Below are positions 37,001-51,500 of a stretch of 64,000 nucleotides of DNA, piece by piece. The DNA comes from Ophelia neglecta (lineage: Eukaryota), in assembly GCA_965285935.1 (NCBI GenBank), contig OZ260665.1, positions 20,460,001 through 20,524,000 of the forward strand, in the 5' to 3' direction. Made by a program: the position numbers and the translations under genes. How positions within the stretch are numbered: the stretch's first letter is position 1; each line of letters starts with the position of its first letter. The notes beneath the pieces were generated by a model. That model was not told where the DNA came from. It worked only from the letters and a program-made list of their open reading frames with translations, and ran no database searches.

Positions 37001-39986
37001 TTGGCTACTTTTTAAAGAAAATACAGTCACCAACTCCTGATTCTAGTGTCCAAATCTACTTCTCCTTAAAATTTAACTATTTAAACCACTATCGGTACAG
37101 TTCGAGCCATGGTGGATACTCAGAATGTTACTAAGGGGCCTACCAGACCATACAATTTACGTAAATGTTCAGCCATTCGGGATATCGTGATATTTAGACC
37201 TCTGTTCTTACGGTTGAAGAATTGCCGTAAAAGTTAATGATTTGAAGAGGTCATCTATAGTGTCAGCTGTCATTATACAATTGATAAATGGTTCACGGCC
37301 ACTTAGAGAACACATGAGCATTTAGACAGTCATACATCAAAATGGAGGTTCCCAACCAGGCTCGTGTGCATTTACAACAACACAGGCCCCGCCTAGGGAT
37401 AAATCTGGGGCATGGAATTATGGGATACGCACTCACTATCATAAAATCCCGGATTAATACACCCTACACCTGGGGCAAAGTAGGCTCTCTTTATTTGTAC
37501 CCAATATTCTGCAGTCGATAAAGTTAGGCACGGGCATTAGCAGGTTTTCAAGTTATGAAGAATGTTTCCGATCTACCAAGGCATAGTAGTATGTTTAATG
37601 TCATTACCCAACAGGGGGCAAATCTCCGACTCAGTTCTCACCCCACATCTATCCCTGTCCCCTCTGATCAAGCACTTGCATCCAGGTGAGGTAAACAATA
37701 TACACTGGTGTGAGAGGATCGGATCATCAGAACTAAATGATCCATACATGATCCGTATACCACCAGTCGACAACGGCTTCGGGATCCGTTAGACTAAGTG
37801 CTGATTGTACAGCAATCTGCTCTCTGACAGACGACACTTGACACTCAACAAGTATGTGTTTAACCAAAACCAATCCAAGGACCTTCAAAATATCAATTAT
37901 TTTCATAATTTCCTATTGTCAAACACCTGCAGTGAGCTGTCAACTGTCAAACTCCGACCGTGGCAACTTAACTATCAGTGGGCTCTTAACTGGGAATAGA
38001 GCAATGAGGTAGGGTGGGAACATTACAGCCCTTCAGTGCTCCCTAGTTCAAAACAACCTCTCCTCCACCCCACCCTACTTCAATCCCATAAAGTAGAGAA
38101 ACACATAATCATTAAGCTATGAATCCCATTCCCCCCCCCCCCCCCCCCTCTTCTATGTATGTTAGCAGGGGACGGTTCCAATACACAAGGGCTGCCGGTT
38201 ATCATTATAACAGGTTCAACCAGACACTAGCCTGATTGAAGTGTGAGAGTACTTTGTTATCTGTGATCCCAAATCACTCCGGCCACGATGCCATCCTCTA
38301 TCTTATTAATAAGCTGATTACACTGATCGGGCCAATTTGGACTTCAGCGAGGTACATCCTGATGTTTGCCCCGTCACTATAACTAACCAATTAAATTTTC
38401 ATTAATTGTCTGATGAATGTCACACTACTTAGTATTTATGTTCAATAAATGAACCTCCCAGACTTAGTTACACAATGCATACTTTTAGCCTGAACAAGAC
38501 TCGACTGACAATTCACACATACTCACAGCTACTAAATGTCAATTGTCCATCAATCCTATCTCTTTAATAGTAAAAATTAAAGGTGCTTTGGTGAAAATTG
38601 ACAAAGGAGAACATTGGCTAGGTATGGGGTAGTAACCCTGGGCACCTGTCTAAATGTATTAAACAGGTAGGGTCATAAGATGAGCAGGTACTTTCATTTA
38701 ATTGACCCCCCTCCCAAAGAGGTGCCTGGTAAATTTTATTTGAACTCCCCCTCCCCCTTTCCCACCTCCAATCATCCCTCTCTCTCCTAATAGGGGAGTA
38801 CCTGGTATATTTCCCTTGAACCCCCCCCCCCCCCCCCCACTGCCAGGGACTCAGGTAATTCATCACAGCCAGGATGGGTCTGTCATATAAATGACAATAA
38901 GCCGACTCGTCATTCATCATTTTCAACAGGTCCGACTTATTATACCACAATCTCTCCGTGCTTTCATGGCTCCTACTAAACTTAGCCAGGACAGAGAAAT
39001 CATAAAACAATCTAGACACACAAACTCGGCAAGGCAGGCAGGTTTTTATCGAGTGAAATACGGGATACCATAAACTTGGGTCATATATCGGTTCATGATT
39101 GAATGAACTTTGCTTAAACTTTGAAGCAACGAGCATAAGTCTTGTCGTGCAAGTGAATCAGGCGATAGCCGTGTTCTAGAGTAAACAATCTGGTTAGAAA
39201 ACCAATAGTCTAAGTCATAAATTACTGGTATCAGTCAAGAGGAGGGGTCTGACAGGGAGAGGTAGCCTGGGAGATAGGGGGCTAACAACCTGTCATCAAC
39301 AACTACCTGGCCAGGTTCTGGTCACCGTGGTCAGCCAGTACATCACTGGCTATAGCACTGGTCACTCTGCTCAGTGGACAGGGCAGGGATAGTAGTCACT
39401 GGGCACATGGGTGCTGGACGTACAATCTACTGGCTAACACGGACAGCATCTAACTTATTTTCATCAAGTATTCTGGATCTACCAAGTAATTAACATCATT
39501 CCTGCATTAATAAGGGGGGAAATGTTAACAAATATAATGCTATTTTAAACTCCACAACAAACCAAAAAAGTTATTTGGAAACAAACCAGAATTTCTTTTC
39601 AATTAGTCAAATCTTGGCTGGGAGATGGGAAATAAGAAAAATGAAAATTATAATTAATTTTCTATGCAAAAACCTTGAATATCATAAAGCGATGATTGAC
39701 GACCCCCACCTGGGTATCTGACTAAACCAGTGATTGACCTTAGATACGATGACATTTCCATGGCCAGGAAAGCTCTGACCTCTAACCATCATCGAGATTG
39801 TGCTGGGGAAAATATTTCCTGGAACACCCCAGCCAGTAGCCACATTCCTACGACAGATAGGGAGCCGAGGAAAGCTGGAAGGTGATAACTCTATCGCCGG
39901 CTTGCTCTGATCTCGGCGCTGGTATCGCTATTCTGCTGGCACAGCCTTCCTCCGGATCCCTATCCATATCTCTGTGGGATCCACAA

Positions 39987-40017
39987 AGATCAAAGGCAAA
40001 TCCCGGCAGATCAAAGG
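39987..40017. promoter_or_regulatory. Tandem optimal TCF sites (intronic Wnt-response element candidate)
   Basis: AGATCAAAGG at 39987-39996 and 40008-40017 in CpG-rich context. Confidence 0.5.
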
Positions 40018-43000
40018 CAGCCATTAATAAGCTTTTGTCACTGCTTGACTGGCATCGTTGGCTCGAATGCCCGAGGCGGACATGATTCGCAGTGAGATAA
40101 ATTGAGCGGCCTCGCCGTCGCTGTTTCTGCGTCCACCGTTTCTGGAAGTCTCAGCTACTCCTCAACCCACCTGAGAAACTTCAAAGGGCCCTGCTATTAA
40201 TTCTTAATGCCACACTCCTCTTTTCCATCGATGTACCTGTTGTCCAACGTGCCATTAGCCGAGATGCTAGCAGGTTGCTAGGTAGAATGTACATCTAGTT
40301 CCCATGACAACCATCAATGTATGAATGTAAAATGAATGGGGACAGTTTTGTCCATTCCCTAGAAATCTTATTGCTTATATATACTGTTGTGGAACAATCG
40401 TTAAACACATAGTCTACTATCAATCTAATAAATATATATATACAATGTGATAAAAAAGGAAATCTGCAGACTTGTCAAATTGACCATGGTCTAATATCTT
40501 CTTTCCAATATCAGATCAAAAGGGGTATAATATTTCTGGGACTTTTATTTTCCTAGTAACCTATCTGGTCCTGCTTGGGATGTTAATCTTGGGATGGAGC
40601 TATCAATACCCGGAGAAGGGCGGGAGGTCAGGCCCCTCAGAGATCTATCAGTGATTAAGGCCAGTGCCATCCAATAGCCGGCCATCACGGACCAAAGGTC
40701 CCGGGTCTAAACCGACTCTTCACTGACTCACAAGCATTGCCAGTACTTGATGTTTCAGAGGCAGGGATCTACGAAGTCTTGGGCTGTCAAATACCCGTTG
40801 GGCAGTATTCTCAAAACAAATGTGAGCAAAGATTCCAATAAAAGTTCATTTCTAAAGAAAAAAATGCACAAACACAGGGAATTAATAATTGTCTAGGAAA
40901 ATGAAGAACTCTGTATGATCATTTAATAACCACATACCCCCATCCCTTCTCTCCTAGGATCTCCCTCCTTACTCCCCCCCCCCCCTTCATTGATGGAACG
41001 ACATTACTACAATTTGCTCCAACAACTCAATCTGGCCCTTGTGACCTTAATAGAATTAGGAATGGGCTCATGGGCACATGAGGTACAAGGGCCCAAGGGG
41101 CTCGTGGGAGTCTACGAAGGCAATGAACTGGATGTGATGACCAAATTGGATAGCATGAACAGCACAAGGCTGAACACCCGTCCCACTAAACAGACTTCGG
41201 GGACTAAACCAGGACTAAACGTGGACAAACAGACCAACTCACACTGTACAGCAGTAAGTTTGTCTGCGGTAAGAAGGAAATTCTCGATAAATCATTCTCA
41301 AAGCAGGGTGCTTTTAGCCTATAAACAAATTCCCTTGAATATTTCATATTTGTATTGTCATTCCAAGAGGTGTACATTAACCTATCAGAGGTCTCAAAAC
41401 ATCATCATTGTTCTTAGGATGATTACTAGCAATTTCAAAGGTTTCATGACAACCGAATTGAGTGTGTAAAGAGAAGGAAACTACTGCGGGTTGGGTTACG
41501 TGAGGTACATATTAAAGTTGGCGGCGGTCATCGCCAAGGCTTGATGGCCAGTCTAGTTGTTGTTGTTATTGTGGTAATCAATGCTCTGTATCTGTACGGT
41601 ATCCCAACGCCTCTTCTACCAATCTAAGTCAAAACCTTACAACCTACCGGAGTAGGATTAAGTCAAGAGTAACAAATCAAGGTAACAATTCTCGGGGGCA
41701 GCGGCCCACTTTCCCTAAGTTGAAGAACCTACACAATATAGTTTTACTCCCAAACCCCTCCTTCCCATGACATGTGCTCTTTGGCTAGTTTCCTGGGCTA
41801 AGGAGACAATACATGGAGAGGAGGGTCCACTTCAAGGGCCTCAGAGTTATGTTCCACCAGGCTCCCTGAGAGTCCCTGTATAGCCTACCATTCGCTGGTT
41901 ACTCGGATACCGTACTTCTGACTTGACTTGACTGACGTACACAGTTGTTATCCTGTCAGTTTTTTACGCCTTCGCTCAGCAGTCAGGTCTGAGGGCTGCC
42001 TCAAGTTATCTTTAGTGAAATTACCGTATTATCCATGCCAAAATCTTAGCATTTATGAAAACTTTGAGTTACTTCAGCAAATATTTTCTGTCGGAGTATG
42101 AAATCATCTTATTATATTTAGATCTGCACTTTCTTAGTCATCGTCTATTTGATCAAAATAATATTCATTAAATATAGAAATCAGCAAAGATATGGTATTA
42201 AGATGCAGTGATTACTTTTAGCTTTGGGTTTGGATATTGTGAATAGAACTGGCACATTGGCAGTGAAGGGTCTACGATTTACAAGAATATAAGTGTTGGC
42301 TTGACAATATGTACAAGACCAATGTCAGAGAGAAGTCGGAAATTTCAATGTCAACGTCGACGTACGTGTCAACAGGGGGCTGACGGCCTGGGTGTACACC
42401 ACTAAACACCCACTAAAGTGTCATAGCGATGGGAATACCCGCGGTAAGCACTGCTGACAACCTCTTTACTACTGGGCTGGTGTTATTTACTAGAAGCAAA
42501 CCTATTCCAGCAATAAGTCTGTATTCAGTGTGTTCACTTGTCACTGGGATGAGGTCATGGCAGTAAACTGAACCGGCCACAACACATAATGTTAAATACA
42601 CCTTCATATTTGCACGTCGTAAAACAGGAGAAAGGGCAGAGTTTTTTAACTATTTTACAGTGCTGCACATGAGCGATTGCTCCCTGAATCGTCTGTGACC
42701 GCTGGACCGGGGCCAAGCTACCTGTGACAACCTCGTTTGGATGATCAAAGGGAGCGGGACAGTGTTACAGGTGTATGATTCAGGTGTCATGAAGCGAGGG
42801 GGAGGGGAGGCGGGGGTAGGGGGAGGGAGAGGGCGCAGGCCTTGTCAGCCACACTCACTTCTGCCAGGTAACAAGACTTAGTAGGGGAGGGTGCCATGCG
42901 ACCATGGACATACAGACAAGACCGATGGTTTTAAAATCACAAGGGGAGGGCCGATTCTCTGAACACAACGGCACAGAACAACCAAGTCCATGGTGATAAT

Positions 43001-43513
43001 TATGTGCTTGAGTACACTCCCATCGTAAATCATAAACAAGGCTGAGAAGGCCTGTTTTTTTTTCACTCTCTTTTAGGCAGTCGAGTTAGCCCTGAAGTAT
43101 TGATACTGGAAATGAGGTTAGGCAGGAGTGAGGTTTGGATGGCTTGTCAACTGATGTGTCTAAAGCATGGCAACCAGGGAGTTTACATATAAACAGGAGA
43201 TATCTAGATCACACTAGAAGGGTCCTTCACACTCGCACAGGCCGTGGCAAAGAGCTGGCTGATTTTAGCCGCACTCTACAACTACTTACATGTCAGAAGG
43301 AAAGGGGAAAGATTGTAACGGCTACTCTATGCTATGACATTCGGACTTAAAACTCAAAAAGGTTGGAGAACTTTCACCCCCATGCCAACCACTCCCGGGC
43401 CACTTACAACAACCCTTTTGGTTTAATTCACCACGCCAACCCCTCTCCAGAACACTCCGAAAGCCATGGGATTTGATATCTCTCACTAGGACCAGCCTTC
43501 CCAACTAGAAACA

Positions 43514-43685
43514 TACAGTGAAGCCTTCCCAAAAGACCACCTCTATAATCAGTCCACCTGTCAATTCAGACCGCTTATCTGAGGACCATGATGTATACTT
43601 TCAATGTTAAATAACCTGTCTAAACAGAACACCTCCAAAATCAGACCAGCATTTTGCAGTCCCTTGGATGTCTTAATTCACAGGG
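43514..43685. mobile_element. MITE family A, copy 2 (right end truncated)
   Basis: TACAGTGAAGCC start; shares GGACCATGATGTATACTTTCAATGTTAAATAACCTG with copy 1. Confidence 0.8.
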
Positions 43686-45020
43686 TACACAAGTGATGCA
43701 ATTTGTTGGAAGCGATCGTTGGTTTTTGGGATGTTATGCAATTGAAGATTAAAAAAAACTCAATATTGACTTATCATTAAATCATTTGTACAATCCAAAA
43801 ACACATTGATAGTTATTTTTTTATACAAATTGACATAACTGTTGAAGTGGAAGTCGCAAACATGACTACTGATCATTGTGCGGAATTTACACAGCACAGC
43901 ACACCTAGACATGCCTGCCATGTTTCTGGTCATGTGACCAGCCTCAAACTACAATTTATCACAATATCCAATAACCTGGGGTCGCTCTGACTTGCGCATA
44001 AGCATTGTTCAATCCGTTTAAGTCTCTTGAGGGTGGAAATTCTCAGTTGCCAATCTTCTGAAGACGTCATTGTAACATTTTTGTCTCGTATTGCACATTG
44101 CTAAGCAAGCACGAACAGCTAAGTTCAGATACATATATTCGAGATGAGTGAGCGTTTTTTTTCGTTGGTTGGGCGTTATCTTGCTAACAGATCTTGGTAG
44201 TGACAGACACACTCCAGACAGACACTAATTTACCTGTCTCCCACTATCGCTAAGCCTCACCTAAGCCTGATTTGCTTCCTAAAGATCGCTCTATCAACTT
44301 TTCACAGACAGAAAGCAGAGTAAAATGGTAGTGAAGGCACAGAAGTGAGGGCTCTCTTCCGGATAGCACTTGCATTTTCCTGATTTTGTTTTTTTTATCT
44401 AGGCATTTATTAAACCTCTTCAATGGAGAGCTTATACCTCAGTGTATGTACACATGGGGGCACCAGTCACGGAAGGGGAGGTTCATGGACCGCTCAGAGA
44501 GGTGGGGAGGTGATAATGGACAGGGAACGCCTATCATTCATAACCAAAAAAAAACAAAACAATTCTCCAGACAATTAAGATAATTTCAATATCAGTCTCA
44601 CACTGCCTGTCAGAGATGGCATCACTGAGCCTAGGTCAGTTCCTAATCTGGGAGGGGGCAGAACTGTACTAGACTAGAACACAGCATTAGCAGGGCTAAA
44701 GTTGTGATTCTGCAGTGAAAGAAATGTCATTGAAAACTTTGTAGTCATCAGACAAAAAATGAAAATTAAATATTTGGAAAGCCTTTTATAAATTAATAAT
44801 CCCTGCAATATTTGTTTAGGTAACTTCAACAAGTTGAGAGAAAATACCAGTTTAATATCTCCATGCACAGCTGAACTTGGCCCCACCAACCTCTTGCTGA
44901 CCACTGATTCTTTACCCGCAATCAGTATGAAAAGATCTCCCGTGGGCCCTATACAATTAAAATTAAAATTTGTGAAATCTTGAGTGCTCCTTACAATTGT
45001 GGCGGCTGTATGAGGCCAGG

Positions 45021-45205
45021 CACCCAGATGTAGCCAGGTTTAGTGGTGGGAGTAGTCTCCGGGGAGAAGCACCTGACTCAGAGACCAGGTACACCGGTGT
45101 ACCCCTAGCCCTTGACACCCAGATGTAGCCAGGTATAGTGGTGGGAGTAGTCTCCGGGAGAGGTACCTGAGATCAGGTACACTGGTGTACCCCTAGCCCT
45201 TGACA
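45021..45205. repeat. ~90-95-bp tandem duplication
   Basis: CACCCAGATGTAGCCAGG...GTACCCCTAGCCCTTGAC occurs twice head-to-tail with small indels. Confidence 0.9.
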
Positions 45206-48200
45206 GATTGGGGGCCAGACAGATCCCAGGATATTATCACGTCCCTGTGTACTGTCTGTTGTGATGTGAGTCTCCGGCCAGAGCCTCCCTTTCTTGCCCT
45301 CCCGCCCTCCCTGACAGGCCCTCCTTGCCTTGCAGATGGCCCCTCCTCACCCTCCGCCTGGCCCCTCTCACCCTCCCATTGTTCACGTGCGAGGACCCAC
45401 TGGTTCGGGATGACAGGATCGAGACAGGAATCAGTCAGCGCGATCTCCCGGGCCTACGGGTCAATTCTCTGGCCATCGTCATCCATCCAGACCAACGCTG
45501 TAAAAATGTGCCAAAAACTCCTCGACACCGTACAAAGCCTTCAGACACTCGCTGGGCGATCACAAAGGACGGGGGTTGATAATTATTCTAGAGATATATA
45601 GGGTTTTTTCCACTGACAGGCTGTTATTGGGTACAATGGCAGCCAGCAGGCGACAGGCAACTCTAATTACCTCAATAGAATCAAACTGTCGAGCCCATAC
45701 ATAATTGACTACCTCGCGCCATTCCCCTGACAAAAACCATTATTAAATATATAGAAGCAAATAAACGCCTGAATCGCGCAAATGAAACCTAAGAAGCCTG
45801 GAGATTAAGAAAGGACATAAAAATCACATGGTTTCTTTTCAAATGGTGATAAATTCAAATTGATAAAACCTACTCTACAGGACGACTCCTGTATAAGACC
45901 CACGATCACTTGAAGTAATCTTAAGATAGTGGAGGTCTTTTGTTACACAGAACGCGGCTTGTTCGCCTTTCAAGCAGCATTAGTTCCTGTTGCATGCTCG
46001 TCTACATGTTAGGCTGGGTCCCTGCCAGTTGATTGACAGGCCAAAGATAACCCACATTGCCTCAGGGTTCCCAGACGATGGTTGAGGGGCCCTTCACATG
46101 TCACCAAGCTTCAAGGCTGGGTCGTTCTCGGAGGAAACAGCAGAGGTCTTACAGCATGTCTCACACAACAGCTCACAAAACTCTCAAGTCTGTACACAAA
46201 GGTAGGCGGGCTTGTCAGGTAACGTTAGCTTAGGATAACAAAGCCATGCTTTACCACTGAACAAAGTTAAAGGTGCTTTACAAAAGATACTTTTCAAATA
46301 ATTTATAATATACTTAAGTGTATAAAAATGAGATCACAAACACTTTATTTTTCACGAAGCATTGTTTTCTTTACTTTTTTGCCTCTCACCAAAAAAGATG
46401 CACAAAAAAAGGAAATATTTCAAATATTATAACTATCATATTTTCCATTCTTTATCCTTAAAATGCTTTAAATTGTTTTATGCCAGCGACATTCCTATAA
46501 CATCTCTAATTCTCCGCAGTAACATAGTTTGATTTCTTCATGTTTTTCCTGCTAGGATGGTGTAACCGTTACAGGACCCAGACACCTCGGAGAAGTTCGA
46601 CAGCACCGAGAGCCCCGACAACGCCGTACAACTCTCGGGGAGTGACAGCCACTTTTTGTGTCATCGTCACTCACCAGCTTCAGCAACCAAACCCGACCCC
46701 ACTCTCAGGAATTTGTCAGCAGAATCTTACCCCCGACCAGAGCTACCCGCCTGAATAACTGGCATTGTGCAGATTTAACCCCACCACCATATTTAGCGCC
46801 TGGAGCTGTTGCAAGTTGACAGGATCTGTTCTTGATAATGCACGACTAATCCTAACCGTATAACACAAGCGGGAGTAAGTCTGAAGGTTTTTCAGACGCT
46901 GGTTCCCCGTAGTTCACCTGATATATCAATGCATGTACAGCAGTGTTTGCTTTCCCGGCTTAGTACAGCCAGGTTTGTAAACAAGCAGTGCGACGACAGG
47001 CAATAACAACACAGCAGGAGATCTAACAAGTTACCGTGTCTATACCCACAAACATCTAATCTCATTCATTTAAATATATTTTAAATTAAAGGCTTCAATA
47101 CCCAACACTAGCTGTCCTTCAAATAATCAACTTGTCATTTCTGTTGGTAGATAAAATATATGAAGTCCAATTTTAATTCTTTCCAATTGTCAGCCAAGTA
47201 AGAAGTCAACAAATGCCTATATAGGAATATTTTAGTCTATGATGTTATCACTGGTTAGAAATCCTCTCAAATTGGTGAATTAATTCACAAAAACCTTCAT
47301 CTTTGAAGGCAAAGGGTTGGACAACTCACTAGTGTAAGATAGTTAGGCTAAGTCAAACTAAATATCTACGAGAATGAATGTCTAGTAAGTAGGTAAGTAC
47401 TGGACCCAGGCTGCTCTCTTGGTGTTTTTTCCTTGGTATAGTTGGGGGAATGGAAAGCCAGCCGTAATCTGTGTTAGTGTATCAGGTGGGAGTATGGACG
47501 TACAGATAAAGTAGGTGATCAGAGATGGCCCAAGTCATATCGGACACAGTGCACAAGTGTGGAAATTCCTTTAAGCCAGGTCGACCCCTTAACATGGCTA
47601 TCTCCTGGAGGTCACAGGCCATCAGATAGTCAACAGGACCTGTGTGTGTAATGGGGAGGGGGGGGGGAGGGGGCAGAGGGGGGTTGGTTGGGTCTGTATG
47701 TATGAAAGAGGCAAACAGAAGAGAACGCATATATGTCACATATATGTAATAGGACACACGGGGGGGGGAAGGGGGAGGGGGGGGAGGCACAGAGGCCAAG
47801 GTGTCAAAACAATAAACGTAACTCCACAAAAAGAACTGACCGAACTTCACTACTACTAGCAAGGGACCTGATTAACCATACCAGTGCTGTTTAAAAAGTT
47901 CCGGCTGGACACATCTGATTCCATAACAGAGCCAAATGTACAACACAAGTTATTTACCAATAGCACGTAGCCTGGCGAGGGGAAGCCGAGTACACCTGTC
48001 AAGGTCTGTTGTCTTACCATTTGAGACATCCCTACCCTGCTACAGGAAGGAAGCCTCTACCCACCTCCGACGACACATCGATTACTACGATTAGTATTAC
48101 CTCAAAACATAAACACCCAAAGGTTTCTTGAAAACAGTAAAACTTTGTTTAGTGTTTCTATGTGAGCGCTTTCTCAGGCTTAAAGATAAAGAACATGACA

Positions 48201-48429
48201 AGATATGTTGTCATATATCTCCCAGTTCTCTTGGTAAAGATTTAAAAGGAACTTGCATAAAGAGGCTCATCGCAGACAGTCGACAAAAGAGGTACACAAT
48301 GACTGGGAAAAAACAAACATTGATCTAACAGGCCCAACTGACTCGCTGGTGTAAAGACTGACTGATCTCTCATGACAGGCTGATCATACATTAACTAACT
48401 GATACACTGACCCAAGCTAAGCTTCTATA

Positions 48430-48575
48430 TACACTGGTCCCTAGGATGCAGGGCCCCTTCGATGAAGGACCACCATGGCTGGACAGTTTTTGTATTCCTA
48501 TGCCCCATCTTTTCCATATTAAAGTACCTCCGATGGATGGCCACCTGCAATGTAGGGCCACTTTTCCTTCTAAAC
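48430..48575. mobile_element. MITE family B degenerate copy
   Basis: TACACTGGTCCCTAGGATG start; shares ATGTAGGGCCAC and, inverted, CCTATG with 55499-55664. Confidence 0.5.
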
Positions 48576-51500
48576 CCTCCCCCAACCCTGCTCCCCCCCC
48601 CATCCCCTATCCCCATGACTAAATAAGACAGCCCTTAGCACCATTTTGTTTACAAAACTTGAGATTCTACATTATCCTCACTCCCAAGTTTGACAGGGCA
48701 CTATCAAATTAATTAATGGGCAGTCACATCCAACAAAGCTGTTTTTGCGATTTATTGAGAGAGATGCCGACCTTTGAGGTCAAAAATCATGACCTTGACA
48801 TCAAAATGCTTTGAGAAATATCGGCATGTTCACAATTTGCCCTCGCATGTTCACATATTGCCCCAGCAGTAATAAAACATGTCAACTAACTACACTGAAT
48901 ATATAGTTAGTTATTAGGCAGTCAAATATCAATTATGTGCACAGTCTATTTTATGACATTTATTTATCTATAAATTGTGTTAGTTACTAACATTCCTCTT
49001 GTCAGCTGTCGGCTGCATTCTTGACACATTATTGTACATTAGCAGCTAAGAATCTCCACCAGTTGCTTTAACAGAGATTATTGAACACCATAAAGAATTG
49101 AATTACCATATAAAGTAACTTTTTCTATCAACTAAGCCACAAGGTCCTTTAAAACAAATGGCTTGTTGGTACTGAGCTGTATTGTGGCCTAGTTGTTAGA
49201 AACGCCAGATTTCATTTGACATTAAATAACCAGATCTTTTTGCAGTGAGTTATTACTGCCCTGCCGAGCTGAGTGGAGCAGGTAGACCATGACCAAATAG
49301 GCAAAACCATACATATTGTACCACTAGTTTAAAAGCCATAATTCTGTCTACATCTTGCAACTTTTTCACTGAAAACTTTATTTATTTGCTAGATGGGCAT
49401 TAAAAATATTAAAAAAAAACAGTTAACACATATACTGCCGTTGAATGATATATTTTCTTAAACAGTTAAATGCAATATGAAAAGTTCATGCTAAGTTTAT
49501 TTTTGAACAAAAGGACTCTTTTTTACAGATTGCAATGCATTAAATCGTGACCTTGGCATCCCCAGCCCACGGCGATGTGACCTTGTTGATATTTGCGCAG
49601 CTCTGCAGCTCCGGTGCTGTTTGGTACACAATGGCCGCCAACTACAACAAATCAGCCCGTCTTATTAGGAAGGAAATCTGCCACTCAGACAAGCCCGCGG
49701 ACTCGACTTTTAATATTTGATGTCGTACTCCCCCCTCAATAAAACACCACTAGAAATTACAACTGCACCCGATCAAGTTTTCATTGGCCGAACAACGGTA
49801 AGGAATTCACCTGCTGGTTACGGTAGCATAAAAAGTTGTTAAAGCAAGGTAATTACTAAATAGGTTGGTTAAAAGCATTTATTAACCCTAAATGTCCTTA
49901 TTTAGACTATCAAGTATCATTCATTTGAATACTTTCTAGTTAGTAAAAAGGACAAAATATTTTCCATGATGATGAAGCCTGGCAGTTTCTGGCGGCTTTC
50001 AACCATTCTCTAATAGTCTAATTGTATCTTCATGCTGTCATTTGTACCTGGAGGCTGCCTGCAATGTATTCACTTTCTTACAATTCACTTCAATTGGAGT
50101 CATTCGTACTTGAAACCTGTCTAAAAACAAGCCATCTCAGAGAAGATTAAACATACAGGCGTGGGCTGTACCCTGTCCATTTTGAGCAGGATGGGAACCC
50201 TAGTTACTGAATCAGACGACCATAACAGCATCAATCTCAATTAGAAATACAATGCAGGCTCCAAATGGCAAAGTGTCTCCTTTGAATTTATAAATCTTAT
50301 TCCCAGCCAGCCCTGAGCCCTGTATTGTTTGTTTCCCATGATAGTAACTTTACTAAACGGACAAAAAGCCCCTCCAAGCAGAGAAACATGAATCTTGTGT
50401 AAAAGATCAATTTACAAACGTCCAATTTTGGACGCGCGACCCTCCCGGCCGCAACCTAATTCTACCTGGCCGGGAGGGATCAGGAATTTTCTGATTAATT
50501 GGCAGCACGCCCCCCAGCCCCGCAACGCCGACAGCCGTCAAATAGGCGCCCTCATCATCAGTACTACGGCTAATAACTCTCGTCTAATTGATAATCACAA
50601 ATAGTCAAAATCCCAAATCATTTTCATCAGGCACTGCCTTATTAGGGCATGTATCGCCATGGGTGAATCTGTCTGCCGCGATTGTCTGCCGCCAAACTGC
50701 AATGCTTCCGACTGAAATGTGTAAACCTATCGCGGCTGTAATGTGCCTAATTATCTCCACGGCCAAATGTTTACGACGAAAAAGGTAAATGCACACTTTC
50801 AGACGGCTATATTTACGACAATTGAAGGCGCATTTCAGCTTTGTTAGATCATCCTCCGTTCGTGTTGTGGAGCGACACAAAGCCGGCGAAAGGTGAAAAG
50901 AGCACCCTTAGAAAAACCAGGCTAAATTATCAGAAAACAAAAGATTTGATACTCGGCGACGAGAGATATTGTGAGATAGATGTAATGAGAGCCAGCACTT
51001 ATGACCATCTCACACCCAATCAAATCATTATAAATGAAGCTAGGGATACCAAGACAAAATATTGCGGCTGTCAGCTTCAAGACCAAGAGCTGCGGGCGAT
51101 TAGCAGATTGAAAAGCCGTTTTGACGAGGAGGTTGTCAGGGTGGACAATGGACCAGTAACAGGAGGTGGAGAGCTGACATAACCAAGCCGTAACACAGGG
51201 GTGGAATATAAAGGCCAGCCAACGGACAAGTGCTGGACCCGAGGAGGAGGCTTTCAGGGCCAGACTTCTACCAGCAGGGGGCCTGCGACAAATCCTACTG
51301 GACAGCTTTTTGTGAGGTGCACCAGCCATAACAGCACTTGAAGGACACTATCACCTGCCGAGTGATAAATGGACTTTTATGGAGGAGGAAGGGCCTTTGT
51401 AGAGGTGTAAACATCGAGGATTTGAAGAAGGTGTCCTGCAGGGAGGCGGACCACTAGGTACTGTGTCCCTGTCAGTCCAGGTAAACACAAGAGCTGGGAG

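Noticed and set aside
38618-41469. Longest ORFs in the intron (172 aa and 159 aa) as a nested gene
   Set aside because: No recognisable domain; one crosses a poly-C tract, and no consistent exon chain is evident.
49175-49215. GTGGCCTAGTTGTTAG resembling a tRNA/SINE A-box
   Set aside because: No B-box or cloverleaf follows.
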